In this document: one piece after another, positions 28,786 through 37,676 of the stretch
How the letters are laid out: each line of letters starts with the position of its first letter
Numbering within the stretch: the first letter of the stretch is position 1
Virus record (IMG/VR): IMGVR_UViG_2834277561_000001
Coordinates: 122,688-186,687 of that record
Direction: 5' to 3' (one strand)
DNA from: a virus
Lineage: Duplodnaviria > Heunggongvirae > Uroviricota > Caudoviricetes
Length of the DNA stretch: 64,000 nucleotides
Notes under the pieces: generated by a model
The model's input: only the letters and a program-made list of their open reading frames with translations
Databases searched by the model: none
Told to the model about the DNA's origin: nothing
Program-made: the position numbers and the translations under genes

Positions 28786-29078
28786 AAAAAGATAATAGAG
28801 AAATTCATATTTGGTTAGACGATCCGCCGTGTATAGTGAATGCATGTACTTCATATTTTTGTACTAGAGATTTATTTGATATAAATGAGAAAATTATTCA
28901 CACTACGCAAACACATTTTTGTTCGTTCAGATATCATAGAAGAATTTTTGTACATGTAAATGGTGGTGTACATGAAATTAAAATTGGTGAAACAGAAGGT
29001 ACGAATAGGGAAATTCGCGAAGGACATAATATTGAGAAAATGTTATTTGCTGGAGAATTTGACTGGTTTAGGGAGTAA
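28782..29078 (+). CDS. hypothetical protein
   Basis: ORF of 98 aa. Confidence 0.5.
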   Translation: MKKDNREIHIWLDDPPCIVNACTSYFCTRDLFDINEKIIHTTQTHFCSFRYHRRIFVHVNGGVHEIKIGETEGTNREIREGHNIEKMLFAGEFDWFRE

Positions 29079-29083
29079 AGAAA

Positions 29084-29452
29084 ATGTCTACAGGATTTAA
29101 TTGGTTTAAGTCATATAAAATCACAATCCATCGAGCAACAAAAATGTGGGATTGGGATGAACACAAGATTGAATATATAGGTGGAGGTAGTACTTCTCAT
29201 TCAGGACATAATATTTCAGTTGTTCAAGATCTTATTGAAAAATATAGTGGAAAGAGAATTCCTACAATAGAAGAAGATTTTATAAGTTCAGAAGATGAAA
29301 ATTTGCATTTAATTAATCCGAAAGAAATGTCAGAAATTTGTGAAAGAATATTATCTGGAAATGAAGTAAACGAAACAGACCTGAGAAGTCGTATTCAATG
29401 GTTCAAAACCTTGTCGGATGAAGGATATTATCTATCGTATGATTATATGTAA
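29084..29452 (+). CDS. hypothetical protein
   Basis: ORF of 122 aa. Confidence 0.5.
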   Translation: MSTGFNWFKSYKITIHRATKMWDWDEHKIEYIGGGSTSHSGHNISVVQDLIEKYSGKRIPTIEEDFISSEDENLHLINPKEMSEICERILSGNEVNETDLRSRIQWFKTLSDEGYYLSYDYM

Positions 29453-29487
29453 TAGAATGAAATCAGAGTTTTGAGGGATGTAATAAT

Positions 29488-29775
29488 ATGTGGAAAAGAA
29501 ATAGCGATATTTTCCCTGGTGAATGGGTTGGTACGTATCATGAAAAAGAATTGGAAAAAGAATTAGAAATAGGTGATCACGCAAAAGTAATTGTTGATTC
29601 TCAATTTCAAGATTATTTTATCAATACTGGCAAAAAATATCCAAGAGCTATTGGGAAAATTGGGATTGTTAAGAAAATTTGTACAGATGATGAATGGGCG
29701 TATTTCTTATCATTTGGACACGAGATGTGTTCAAATTGGTTTAAAAGATATTCCTTAGAAAAAATTGAAAGTTAG
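29488..29775 (+). CDS. hypothetical protein
   Basis: ORF of 95 aa. Confidence 0.5.
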   Translation: MWKRNSDIFPGEWVGTYHEKELEKELEIGDHAKVIVDSQFQDYFINTGKKYPRAIGKIGIVKKICTDDEWAYFLSFGHEMCSNWFKRYSLEKIES

Positions 29776-29787
29776 AGGATGTAATAC

Positions 29788-29985
29788 GTGAGAAAATATT
29801 TAATGGAAGTAGATCGATTTATAGGTATAGATACTTATGATCCAGACGCATGTGAAAAATGTAAATATGGATTCGATACGGAGTCTAAAATGGTAGATTT
29901 TATCAAAAATGAATTAGGATTTTTTGATGAAATACGAGGCATCTATAAATTAGAAAAAATTGATCCTAAAAAATACAATAATTAA
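29788..29985 (+). CDS. hypothetical protein
   Basis: ORF of 65 aa. Confidence 0.45.
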   Translation: MRKYLMEVDRFIGIDTYDPDACEKCKYGFDTESKMVDFIKNELGFFDEIRGIYKLEKIDPKKYNN

Positions 29986-30020
29986 GATTCTGAAATGCGT
30001 GTTTCAAGGAGGTGTTGAAA

Positions 30021-30371
30021 ATGATTCATATATGTGTCGGAAGAGAATGTAACGATTATATAGATTGTGATAAAAAGGACATATGCAAGTATTCGCGAAA
30101 TAAAAGGTTTCCAATGAGCGTATTTAATCTATTTTTGCTATATAAGAGAGATAATAGACTTAGTGGCACTTCTAAATGTCCATATCATAAAAGTCGAAAT
30201 TATACGTGTTGGGATTGCGCTCATCAAACAAATTGGGAAGAATGTGATGTAGTTCCAAAAGATAGACTTCCGTATGTTGCACAGGATGGATGGAAAGACT
30301 ATAGCAGATGTGGAAGTTTTAAGAAAGCAAACTATGCGAATGATTATTTGTACGAAGAATATAAATATTAG
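30021..30371 (+). CDS. hypothetical Cys-rich protein
   Basis: AAGGAGGTG ribosome-binding site followed by ATG. Confidence 0.5.
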   Translation: MIHICVGRECNDYIDCDKKDICKYSRNKRFPMSVFNLFLLYKRDNRLSGTSKCPYHKSRNYTCWDCAHQTNWEECDVVPKDRLPYVAQDGWKDYSRCGSFKKANYANDYLYEEYKY

Positions 30372-30383
30372 AAGGATTATAAA

Positions 30384-30647
30384 ATGAAAAGATTAACTAT
30401 TCAGGAGTTTCCACGTACTGACATATTATGGAATAAAGTAAATGAAATCATTGACTATATCAATAAAAAAGAAAACAACAATCCAGAGTCGTTATATGCA
30501 ATTAAAAATATCGAAACTGGAGAAATCATTTTCAATGCACGTGGTGGAGCGTATCAAAACAAAGAAGCAGCAATTAGCAAATGTTTAGAATTAGGGCAAG
30601 AAACGCATAAATTAGTAGAGTACAAATTGAGTGAGGAACAATTATGA
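30384..30647 (+). CDS. hypothetical protein
   Basis: ORF of 87 aa. Confidence 0.5.
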   Translation: MKRLTIQEFPRTDILWNKVNEIIDYINKKENNNPESLYAIKNIETGEIIFNARGGAYQNKEAAISKCLELGQETHKLVEYKLSEEQL

Positions 30648-30859
30648 TCACATTAGAAGATATTTTACCACTTGTTTTGGAAAATGATATTCGTCTTGTT
30701 GATAACGACTCTGGCGATGAAATCTGTTTTCTTAGAAATGGCTATTTCAATTCTATCTTATCTGAAAAATATTCCCGTGCAATTGTAAAACATATTAACA
30801 ATGATGAATGTATTGAAGATACCATAAACATTTATATTTTGGTAAGAAATAATGATTAA
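30644..30859 (+). CDS. hypothetical protein
   Basis: ORF of 71 aa. Confidence 0.45.
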   Translation: MITLEDILPLVLENDIRLVDNDSGDEICFLRNGYFNSILSEKYSRAIVKHINNDECIEDTINIYILVRNND

Positions 30860-31124
30860 ATACAGCAAACCATATCCTACAATCGGAGAATTAATAAAAG
30901 ACAAGGACTATGATTATGTTTCATATAGAATGCTGATTCCTGGATTCGATGAAGAAAACGGGGAATTTGCAGGTTGTTTCTCATCGAAAAATGGTAAGAT
31001 TATTCCATTGGATTATGACACATATTACGAGTCCGAAGAAGTTATCGCCTCGGAAGAATGGAATATGCCAAAAGAGGGAATTGAAAACGGATTAACTGTT
31101 GTTGTAGAAGGGGAATTTTTATGA
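30852..31124 (+). CDS. hypothetical protein
   Basis: ORF of 90 aa. Confidence 0.5.
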   Translation: MIKYSKPYPTIGELIKDKDYDYVSYRMLIPGFDEENGEFAGCFSSKNGKIIPLDYDTYYESEEVIASEEWNMPKEGIENGLTVVVEGEFL

Positions 31125-31333
31125 AAGAAATTGGAAGAAAACGTATAAATTATGACTCAATCGTCACAGTGGAACTTTCATTAAGAGAATTACAAATCAT
31201 AAAAGATGCGTGTGGTGTGGCAAAATTCGAAACTATGCGTAATATATGGGATACACAAAATCCACCATATACATTTGAAGATAAAGATAAAGTAAGAGCA
31301 ACGGCAAGTGCTGTTTTATCAAGTTATATGTAA
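31121..31333 (+). CDS. hypothetical protein
   Basis: ORF of 70 aa. Confidence 0.45.
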   Translation: MKEIGRKRINYDSIVTVELSLRELQIIKDACGVAKFETMRNIWDTQNPPYTFEDKDKVRATASAVLSSYM

Positions 31334-31355
31334 AAGGTGGTGAAAATACAATATT

Positions 31356-31529
31356 ATGCCAGTATTTTATTTTTTAGTAATTTGCGGTGCAATCGCAGTA
31401 TGGTTTTTGCTTTCTGGGATTTTCTATCCAATTGGTAAGTTTCTAAAGCACATTGGAGATGATGTAATTGGTGAATTAACCAGAGAAGATGAAAATAAAA
31501 AAGAAAAGAAAACGGAGGATAATGAATGA
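31356..31529 (+). CDS. small transmembrane protein
   Basis: 57-aa ORF with N-terminal hydrophobic helix and charged tail; overlaps the start of the SPFH gene. Confidence 0.35.
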   Translation: MPVFYFLVICGAIAVWFLLSGIFYPIGKFLKHIGDDVIGELTREDENKKEKKTEDNE

Positions 31530-32479
31530 AACGAGGGAAATTAGGTGGAATTGTATTAGGAGTATTTATTGTCGTTGTATTAATTTGTTTATGGAAATGT
31601 AGTGTTCGAGTACCAACCGGATATAAGGCAGTAACATATCATCTGAATGGTGGAATTTCAAAAGATACATTAGATGAAGGATGGCACATTGTTCCGCCAA
31701 CAGTAGTGAAGACTTCTTTATATTCTATTGGAATTGAACAGTCATACCTTACTTCCGAAGATAAGGGTGATTCTCCTAAAGACGAAAGCTTTAAGACTCC
31801 TACAGCAGATGGAAAATCCTTACTTGTTAATTTGGAATTTTCTTATATGTTTGATCAAGATAGAATTACAACAGTGTTTAAAAAATTCAAAGGACAGTCA
31901 GGCGAGACTGTAAAAAACACTTTTATTAAACCTAAAATGAAAGCATGGACACAGGAAGTTACTGCAAAATATCCTGTAACAGATGTATTTGGAGATAAAC
32001 GTCAGGAGCTGAATGAAGCACTTGATACATATCTGAAACAGAAGTTTGATCCATATGGAATCATTATTGACACTGTAAACTTCACATCTATTTCTACGGA
32101 TGATGAAACTCAGGCGGCTATTCAGAAGAAAGTCAATGCACAACAGGAACTTGAGCTTGCGAATATCGAAGCAAAAACAGCAAAAGTTCAGGCAGATAAA
32201 GACAAGGAAGTTGCACTGATCACAGCAGAGCAGGACAAAGAAAAAGCAGCTATTCAGGCTGAACAGGCGAAAATTGATGCAGAAGGTAAAGCTGAAGCTG
32301 TAAAAATCAAAGCACAGGCAGAAGCAGAAGCTAATAAAGAAATTGCAGAGTCTCTTACTCCGGAACTGATTGAGAAACAGAAGATTGACAAATGGAATGG
32401 AGAGGTTCCGAAGATCCAGGGCAGTGATACTTCAACAATTGTAGATACAAGAGACATGACTGAGCCTACAGAAGAATAA
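31526..32479 (+). CDS. SPFH/band-7 (stomatin/prohibitin-like) membrane protein
   Basis: N-terminal transmembrane helix, SPFH core, and long Ala/Lys/Glu coiled-coil tail. Confidence 0.65.
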   Translation: MKRGKLGGIVLGVFIVVVLICLWKCSVRVPTGYKAVTYHLNGGISKDTLDEGWHIVPPTVVKTSLYSIGIEQSYLTSEDKGDSPKDESFKTPTADGKSLLVNLEFSYMFDQDRITTVFKKFKGQSGETVKNTFIKPKMKAWTQEVTAKYPVTDVFGDKRQELNEALDTYLKQKFDPYGIIIDTVNFTSISTDDETQAAIQKKVNAQQELELANIEAKTAKVQADKDKEVALITAEQDKEKAAIQAEQAKIDAEGKAEAVKIKAQAEAEANKEIAESLTPELIEKQKIDKWNGEVPKIQGSDTSTIVDTRDMTEPTEE

Positions 32480-32486
32480 TTTTTAT

Positions 32487-32520
32487 CCATGCGAGACTTT
32501 GACATCTCGCATGGAATTTA
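32487..32520 (+). terminator. rho-independent terminator-like hairpin
   Basis: Perfect 10-bp stem CCATGCGAGA/TCTCGCATGG with 8-nt loop, followed by AATTTA. Confidence 0.6.
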
Positions 32521-32529
32521 GGAGAATAT

Positions 32530-32778
32530 ATGAGAGATGCAACAATAGAAGAACAGAAATATGTATCTTCGAATATTGAATCGATTTCCAGTAAAACAGG
32601 AGTCAATTGTTTTGGCAAATCAACGCTTGTTGAAAAGATAGAGAATTTGATTGATGAAATTGATCAGAATATGCAGGATGATTTATATCTCATATCTGTA
32701 GATATGTCTAATGGTCGAGTATATGAATATTTGCGTGATATTAAATGGAAATTGGAAAATATATTATCAAGTGAGTAA
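32530..32778 (+). CDS. hypothetical protein
   Basis: ORF of 82 aa with GGAG ribosome-binding site. Confidence 0.5.
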   Translation: MRDATIEEQKYVSSNIESISSKTGVNCFGKSTLVEKIENLIDEIDQNMQDDLYLISVDMSNGRVYEYLRDIKWKLENILSSE

Positions 32779-32823
32779 ATAATGACGAAATATCACTTTC
32801 ATTGTTGAGAGGAGATGGATAAT

Positions 32824-32958
32824 ATGTTTAAAGTAAAGAGCCGTAGAGGGATTATCTATACCGTTTATGCAGTTGATGGGAAGTACTTTCTAGTTTACGG
32901 AACAACGTGGGAATGGAGAAGCATGTATGATTTTTACCCTATAGATGAAGCAAGATGA
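32824..32958 (+). CDS. small hypothetical protein
   Basis: 44-aa ORF with GAGAGGAG ribosome-binding site. Confidence 0.35.
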   Translation: MFKVKSRRGIIYTVYAVDGKYFLVYGTTWEWRSMYDFYPIDEAR

Positions 32959-33485
32959 AAAGAAAATTAGATTTTGTTATATATGAATCAGACACATATA
33001 GAATGACATTTCGTTTTTATCCTAAAAAATCCCATTGTCATAGTTTTAATGATGAGTTACCTAAAACATGGCTCGATGTGTATAAAGTATATTACTCATG
33101 GGCAATTTTGAAGCAATTGAAAAATGAAAATGGGAATATTGAAAAAACAGTAATACTATTTATGGATCATTGTGATGAATGTTCTGTCATTGATGAAATA
33201 TCGGCAAGATGCGATTTATTATCTCGTAGAGTAGAACGAGTTGAACGTAAAGATGATACTGGTGAAAATTATCGAATTAATGTGCTAAACAATGAGTGTT
33301 TTCCGATGGGTATGGGGGTTTCATGGATGATTCGAAAAACCAGAGATGGAAGTTACATTTTCGAAGTTTGGAATTTCTCCAACAATGGGTTTAGATTCGT
33401 CCTGCCGTTTGAAAAAGTAAAAGAATTTGGTGAATACTTACAGATGTGTTGTGATTATATGTTAGAACATAGCGAACCAATTTAG
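32955..33485 (+). CDS. hypothetical protein
   Basis: ORF of 176 aa. Confidence 0.5.
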   Translation: MKRKLDFVIYESDTYRMTFRFYPKKSHCHSFNDELPKTWLDVYKVYYSWAILKQLKNENGNIEKTVILFMDHCDECSVIDEISARCDLLSRRVERVERKDDTGENYRINVLNNECFPMGMGVSWMIRKTRDGSYIFEVWNFSNNGFRFVLPFEKVKEFGEYLQMCCDYMLEHSEPI

Positions 33486-33501
33486 AAAAGGAGAAAATAA
33501 T

Positions 33502-33651
33502 ATGACAGCAAAAGAAAATCGAGATTTACAGGAATTTACCGCATTTTGCGAAAGAAAAGGAATTTGTATTAAAGATGAAAACGGACATTATAAAAGCACA
33601 TATGATGTACTGTCTGAATTGGCTAGACATTGGGAGAATAAACAGGATTAG
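33502..33651 (+). CDS. small hypothetical protein
   Basis: 49-aa ORF with AAAGGAGAA ribosome-binding site. Confidence 0.35.
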   Translation: MTAKENRDLQEFTAFCERKGICIKDENGHYKSTYDVLSELARHWENKQD

Positions 33652-33779
33652 AGAATATGAATTGGAATCCCGTGTTAAACAAATTTATTGAAATTAAAAA
33701 TACCTATATCAAAAAATGGAGAAGAAAAATTCAAATTACTGGAAGACTTTCATAAATGTGATTTGGATGCAAGATAATT

Positions 33780-34070
33780 ATGAAGCGAGATCCTGAAAAA
33801 CATTATATAAAGAAGAAAATGGATACAATAAGAGTTAAAAAGATTTATCCTAGATTTTTTTATTATCCGTGTGAGAAGTGTGGGTTTGAGTACAAGAAAG
33901 AGAATATGTATCAATGCGATTGGGAAGATAGTTGTCTAATTCTATCATATACTCGTTATGGGTGTAGTCATTGTTTCGATAGTGAAACACAATTTGTTAA
34001 ATATTTACAAGATAATGGAATCTTATATAATGAAGAATCTTTAAAAAGAGCATATCGAGGTTTGGAATGA
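33780..34070 (+). CDS. hypothetical Cys-rich protein
   Basis: ORF of 96 aa. Confidence 0.45.
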   Translation: MKRDPEKHYIKKKMDTIRVKKIYPRFFYYPCEKCGFEYKKENMYQCDWEDSCLILSYTRYGCSHCFDSETQFVKYLQDNGILYNEESLKRAYRGLE

Positions 34071-34306
34071 GTATGAAATCAAATTTCAAGGAGATTTATA
34101 TGATTGACAGTAACGATACTATTCAGTATGAAAATGGTAGGGATTCCGACTATGAAGATGGATTTGAATATGCGAAATCTATTTATTTGGATATCATAGA
34201 AGATATGGCGTATGAGATTGCTACGAACAGATATCCGAAAAAATATACCCATACAGATGATGTATTAAAAATAATTGGTGAATTTGTACCTGAAAAATAT
34301 AGGTAG
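34067..34306 (+). CDS. hypothetical protein
   Basis: ORF of 79 aa. Confidence 0.45.
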   Translation: MSMKSNFKEIYMIDSNDTIQYENGRDSDYEDGFEYAKSIYLDIIEDMAYEIATNRYPKKYTHTDDVLKIIGEFVPEKYR

Positions 34307-34311
34307 TACAA

Positions 34312-34476
34312 ATGACATTCAAAGAACAATCAGAAATTCTTAACAGGCAAAGAATTAAAGAGTGGACACATTTATGTGAAAGCGCAGGAATCTATTTAAA
34401 AAAGTCAAATGACGAATACAAGACAGTTTATGAATTTTTTAAAGAATTATCAATTAAATTCAAAGGCAAAAAATAA
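34312..34476 (+). CDS. small hypothetical protein
   Basis: 54-aa ORF. Confidence 0.3.
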   Translation: MTFKEQSEILNRQRIKEWTHLCESAGIYLKKSNDEYKTVYEFFKELSIKFKGKK

Positions 34477-34488
34477 GAAAGGTTAATT

Positions 34489-34812
34489 ATGGCAAATTTA
34501 ATTATACGAGATAGAGGAACTGGGAAAAGTACTGCATTAGTATATACAAGTTTTGTAACAAGATATCCGATTCTTGTTCAGTATGAATCAAGAATTCAAC
34601 ATTTAATAACCATTGCAATAGATTTAGGAGTTAATATCCCTCGTCCTATACGAATAGATCAATATCGAGATAGTAAAAGAAAAGAAGAAAATGTATTAAT
34701 TGATGAAGGTTATGATCTGATTGGAGCTGCGGTTGATTCATATTTAGAAACTCATGTAGCTGCTATTACATTTACAGACAAAATAAAAGAGGGTGAAAAT
34801 CAATGCAGATAA
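34489..34812 (+). CDS. hypothetical protein
   Basis: ORF of 107 aa. Confidence 0.5.
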   Translation: MANLIIRDRGTGKSTALVYTSFVTRYPILVQYESRIQHLITIAIDLGVNIPRPIRIDQYRDSKRKEENVLIDEGYDLIGAAVDSYLETHVAAITFTDKIKEGENQCR

Positions 34813-35045
34813 TTCATGCAATTTCAGACAACTTAGAAGCACTATATATTGACGGAGAATTAGTAAGTGAAGGCAGTCATATTGATTTTGATGATACTTT
34901 GTCGCTTCTTGCTACTCAAGCAAATACAAAAAATGAAAAAATTTATTTTGAATCTGTATCAGTTGATCAGGATTGGCTAGAAAATTGGAGTTGTTTTCCT
35001 AGTCATTTTCATCATATACCAAAAGATATGATTTGTATAAATTAA
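34803..35045 (+). CDS. hypothetical protein
   Basis: ORF of 80 aa. Confidence 0.45.
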   Translation: MQIIHAISDNLEALYIDGELVSEGSHIDFDDTLSLLATQANTKNEKIYFESVSVDQDWLENWSCFPSHFHHIPKDMICIN

Positions 35046-35062
35046 AGGAGAATATATAGAAA

Positions 35063-35344
35063 ATGATTATTACAGGAATGAATCACTTCCAGAGAGTATG
35101 TTTAAAGAAAATGGTTGAATGGTACAACGCAGATGCCGATATTTACCATACGCGGCAAAGGATTAATCTTGATGATGTATTTGTAGTATGGAGTTGCAAA
35201 ACATTACAGAATTATAAATGTCTAGTATCCACAACGGTTTCTGGTGATGGCATTTACGCGGAATATACATATAATGGGGACAAACAAGAACTTTATGAAG
35301 ATGTATATAAGAAACTTACAAATACTTGCATTACAGAAGAATAG
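35063..35344 (+). CDS. hypothetical protein
   Basis: ORF of 93 aa. Confidence 0.5.
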   Translation: MIITGMNHFQRVCLKKMVEWYNADADIYHTRQRINLDDVFVVWSCKTLQNYKCLVSTTVSGDGIYAEYTYNGDKQELYEDVYKKLTNTCITEE

Positions 35345-35353
35345 GGGAAAAAA

Positions 35354-35608
35354 ATGAAACCAATTGTGTTTTATGATTTTGACCATGTATATCAGAACGA
35401 AATCACTATTAAGAAGGATAAATTCGAAAAATTGCTTAAAGATGTTTACAATGCAGGATTTGAAGATGGAAGAAGAGATTCGCATTTGTATTTTTCGAAT
35501 CCTCCGAGAAATGGGGAATGGGAAATTACATGTGGCAGCAATGTGAAAAGAGATCCGATAAACGGCTCATTACATATGGGAACAACAAAAGTCTCTGACA
35601 AAATTTAA
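35354..35608 (+). CDS. hypothetical protein
   Basis: ORF of 84 aa. Confidence 0.5.
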   Translation: MKPIVFYDFDHVYQNEITIKKDKFEKLLKDVYNAGFEDGRRDSHLYFSNPPRNGEWEITCGSNVKRDPINGSLHMGTTKVSDKI

Positions 35609-35690
35609 CCACGAAATTTATTTTTCATTATTATAAAAATTAAATCTTTATTTATTTCTAACGCCTTAATTCAAGGCAATTTTCCAAAAA

Positions 35691-36479
35691 TTGAATTCAA
35701 AATTAAATAAGAAAGTAGGTGTCATTGTTATAAAAGATGATATTTTAACAAATGGCAAATGGGAATTTGATGATAATGTGGCAGCATGTTTTGAAGACAT
35801 GCTCTCACGATCAATCCCCCAATATGACATTATGCGAAAATCTATTCTCGATTTAGCTTCTATACGAATCAACAAAATATTACAGCGATATTCAGATGAT
35901 GATTTATCTATTTGTTCGCAACCATTTTCATTGTTAGACATTGGATGTTCCGATGGGTTACAAATTTCGGATTTCTTGTCTCGTTATAATCACGGACACT
36001 ATGTTGGAATAGATATATCTGAGCCGATGTTAAGAAAAGCGAGAGAACGTTTTGAATATGAAATTAAAACAGGGGTTGTTTCGATTTCTCATATGGATTT
36101 GAGAAAAGAATTTCCGAGAGAATATTTTGACATTATCACTTCTACGCTATGTATTCAATTCACGCCTATTGAATATAGACAAGAAATTCTATCAAACGTG
36201 TATAAATCATTAAATCATGAAGGGATTTTTTTGATGGTTGAGAAAGTACTTGGTGAAACATCTGCTCTTAATAATATGTTTGTTGAAAATTATTATAATC
36301 TCAAAAAGACTAACGGATATACACAAAATCAAATAGATAGAAAAAAATTATCTCTTGAAGGAGTATTGGTTCCCTGTACAAACAAATGGAATGTTGAATT
36401 ATTACATCAAGCAGGATTTAGACAGGTCGATGTATTTTGGCGATGGATGAATTTTGTTGGATATATTGCAATTAAATAG
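35691..36479 (+). CDS. CmoA-like carboxy-S-adenosyl-L-methionine (Cx-SAM) synthase homologue
   Basis: WEFDDNVAACFEDMLSRSIPQY matches E. coli CmoA [22 protein letters not shown]; motif I LLDIGCSDG; C-terminal NGYTQNQIDRKK...AGF..VDVFWRWMNFVGYIAIK matches CmoA NGYSELEISQKR...AGF..SELWFQCFNFGSLVALK; TTG start. Confidence 0.75.
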   Translation: MNSKLNKKVGVIVIKDDILTNGKWEFDDNVAACFEDMLSRSIPQYDIMRKSILDLASIRINKILQRYSDDDLSICSQPFSLLDIGCSDGLQISDFLSRYNHGHYVGIDISEPMLRKARERFEYEIKTGVVSISHMDLRKEFPREYFDIITSTLCIQFTPIEYRQEILSNVYKSLNHEGIFLMVEKVLGETSALNNMFVENYYNLKKTNGYTQNQIDRKKLSLEGVLVPCTNKWNVELLHQAGFRQVDVFWRWMNFVGYIAIK

Positions 36480-36494
36480 GGGGGCAAATATAAT

Positions 36495-37676
36495 ATGCTG
36501 AATGTATTTGAAGGATTTTCTGGGATTGGCGTATTTACAATTGCTCTTGAAGAAATGGGAATAGAATATAATCTCATTGGGACAAGCGAAGTTGACAAAT
36601 ATGCTATCCTGTCTTACGATGCAATTCATAATAAATCTATAAAATTATCTAATGATAATTTGTCTGATAATCAGATGATTTCATATTTAAAAAAAATAAA
36701 TGTCGGTTATAATTTCTCAACTGGCAAATCTGAAATTCCAAAACAGCATGATGAAATATTAAGATTATATAGTTCATGTAAAAACATAAGAAATTATGGG
36801 GATATTAGAAAAATCAATACCAATAATCTTCCTGATATTGATTTGTTTACATATTCATTTCCATGTAAAAATATTACCAATGAGGGACAGCAATTAGGAT
36901 TCGAAAAGGATAGTGGTACGCAATCATCATTAGTTTGGAATTGTGAACCAATAATTAAATACAAAAGACCTAAATTTCTTATTATGGAAAATGTTAAAAA
37001 TATTATCAGCAAGACGCATATATCTATATTCAATGAATGGTGTACCACATTATCGGCATATGGATATAAAAATTATTGGAAATTATTTAATGCAAAAAAA
37101 TATGGCATTCCACAAAACCGAGAACGAGTTCTTATGATATCTATTCTAAATGATTCTATTGATTTCAAAATTCCCAACGAAATTCCATTACAATTGTCAT
37201 TAATTGATGTACTCGAAAAGAATAAAGTCGATTCAAAATATTATATTGATATTAACGAAGCATTTAATGGATTGATCAGCAATTTAAGGTTTAATAATGG
37301 ATATCCTGTAGTAGATGTTCGAGAAGCAACTAAAAAAGGATATACAGAAGCGACGATTGGTGACACTATTAATGTAGCTCATTATAACAGCAAAACAAGA
37401 AGGGGCAGAGTAGGACATAGCGTTGCCCAAACTTTGACCACTACTTGTTATCAACACGTATTAGAATTGGATGGCTCTGTTAGACGTTTGACACCAAAAG
37501 AATGTTGGAGATTGCAATTACTAGATGATAAATATTTTGATTTGGTCAATGAAATCGCTAAAATTCCAGAAACAAAATTGTATGAACGCGCAGGAAGGAC
37601 AATACCTATAACTATTGTTAAAGAAATATATAAAAATCTATTTAGGAGTATTTTAGATGAGAAAAATCATAGATGA
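36495..37676 (+). CDS. DNA cytosine-C5 methyltransferase-like enzyme with variant motif IV PCK
   Basis: Motif I FEGFSGIGVF, motif IV SFPCKNIT (PCK where PCQ is usual), motif VI MENVKN, motif VIII IPQNRERV; lies immediately downstream of the CmoA-like gene. Confidence 0.8.
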   Translation: MLNVFEGFSGIGVFTIALEEMGIEYNLIGTSEVDKYAILSYDAIHNKSIKLSNDNLSDNQMISYLKKINVGYNFSTGKSEIPKQHDEILRLYSSCKNIRNYGDIRKINTNNLPDIDLFTYSFPCKNITNEGQQLGFEKDSGTQSSLVWNCEPIIKYKRPKFLIMENVKNIISKTHISIFNEWCTTLSAYGYKNYWKLFNAKKYGIPQNRERVLMISILNDSIDFKIPNEIPLQLSLIDVLEKNKVDSKYYIDINEAFNGLISNLRFNNGYPVVDVREATKKGYTEATIGDTINVAHYNSKTRRGRVGHSVAQTLTTTCYQHVLELDGSVRRLTPKECWRLQLLDDKYFDLVNEIAKIPETKLYERAGRTIPITIVKEIYKNLFRSILDEKNHR

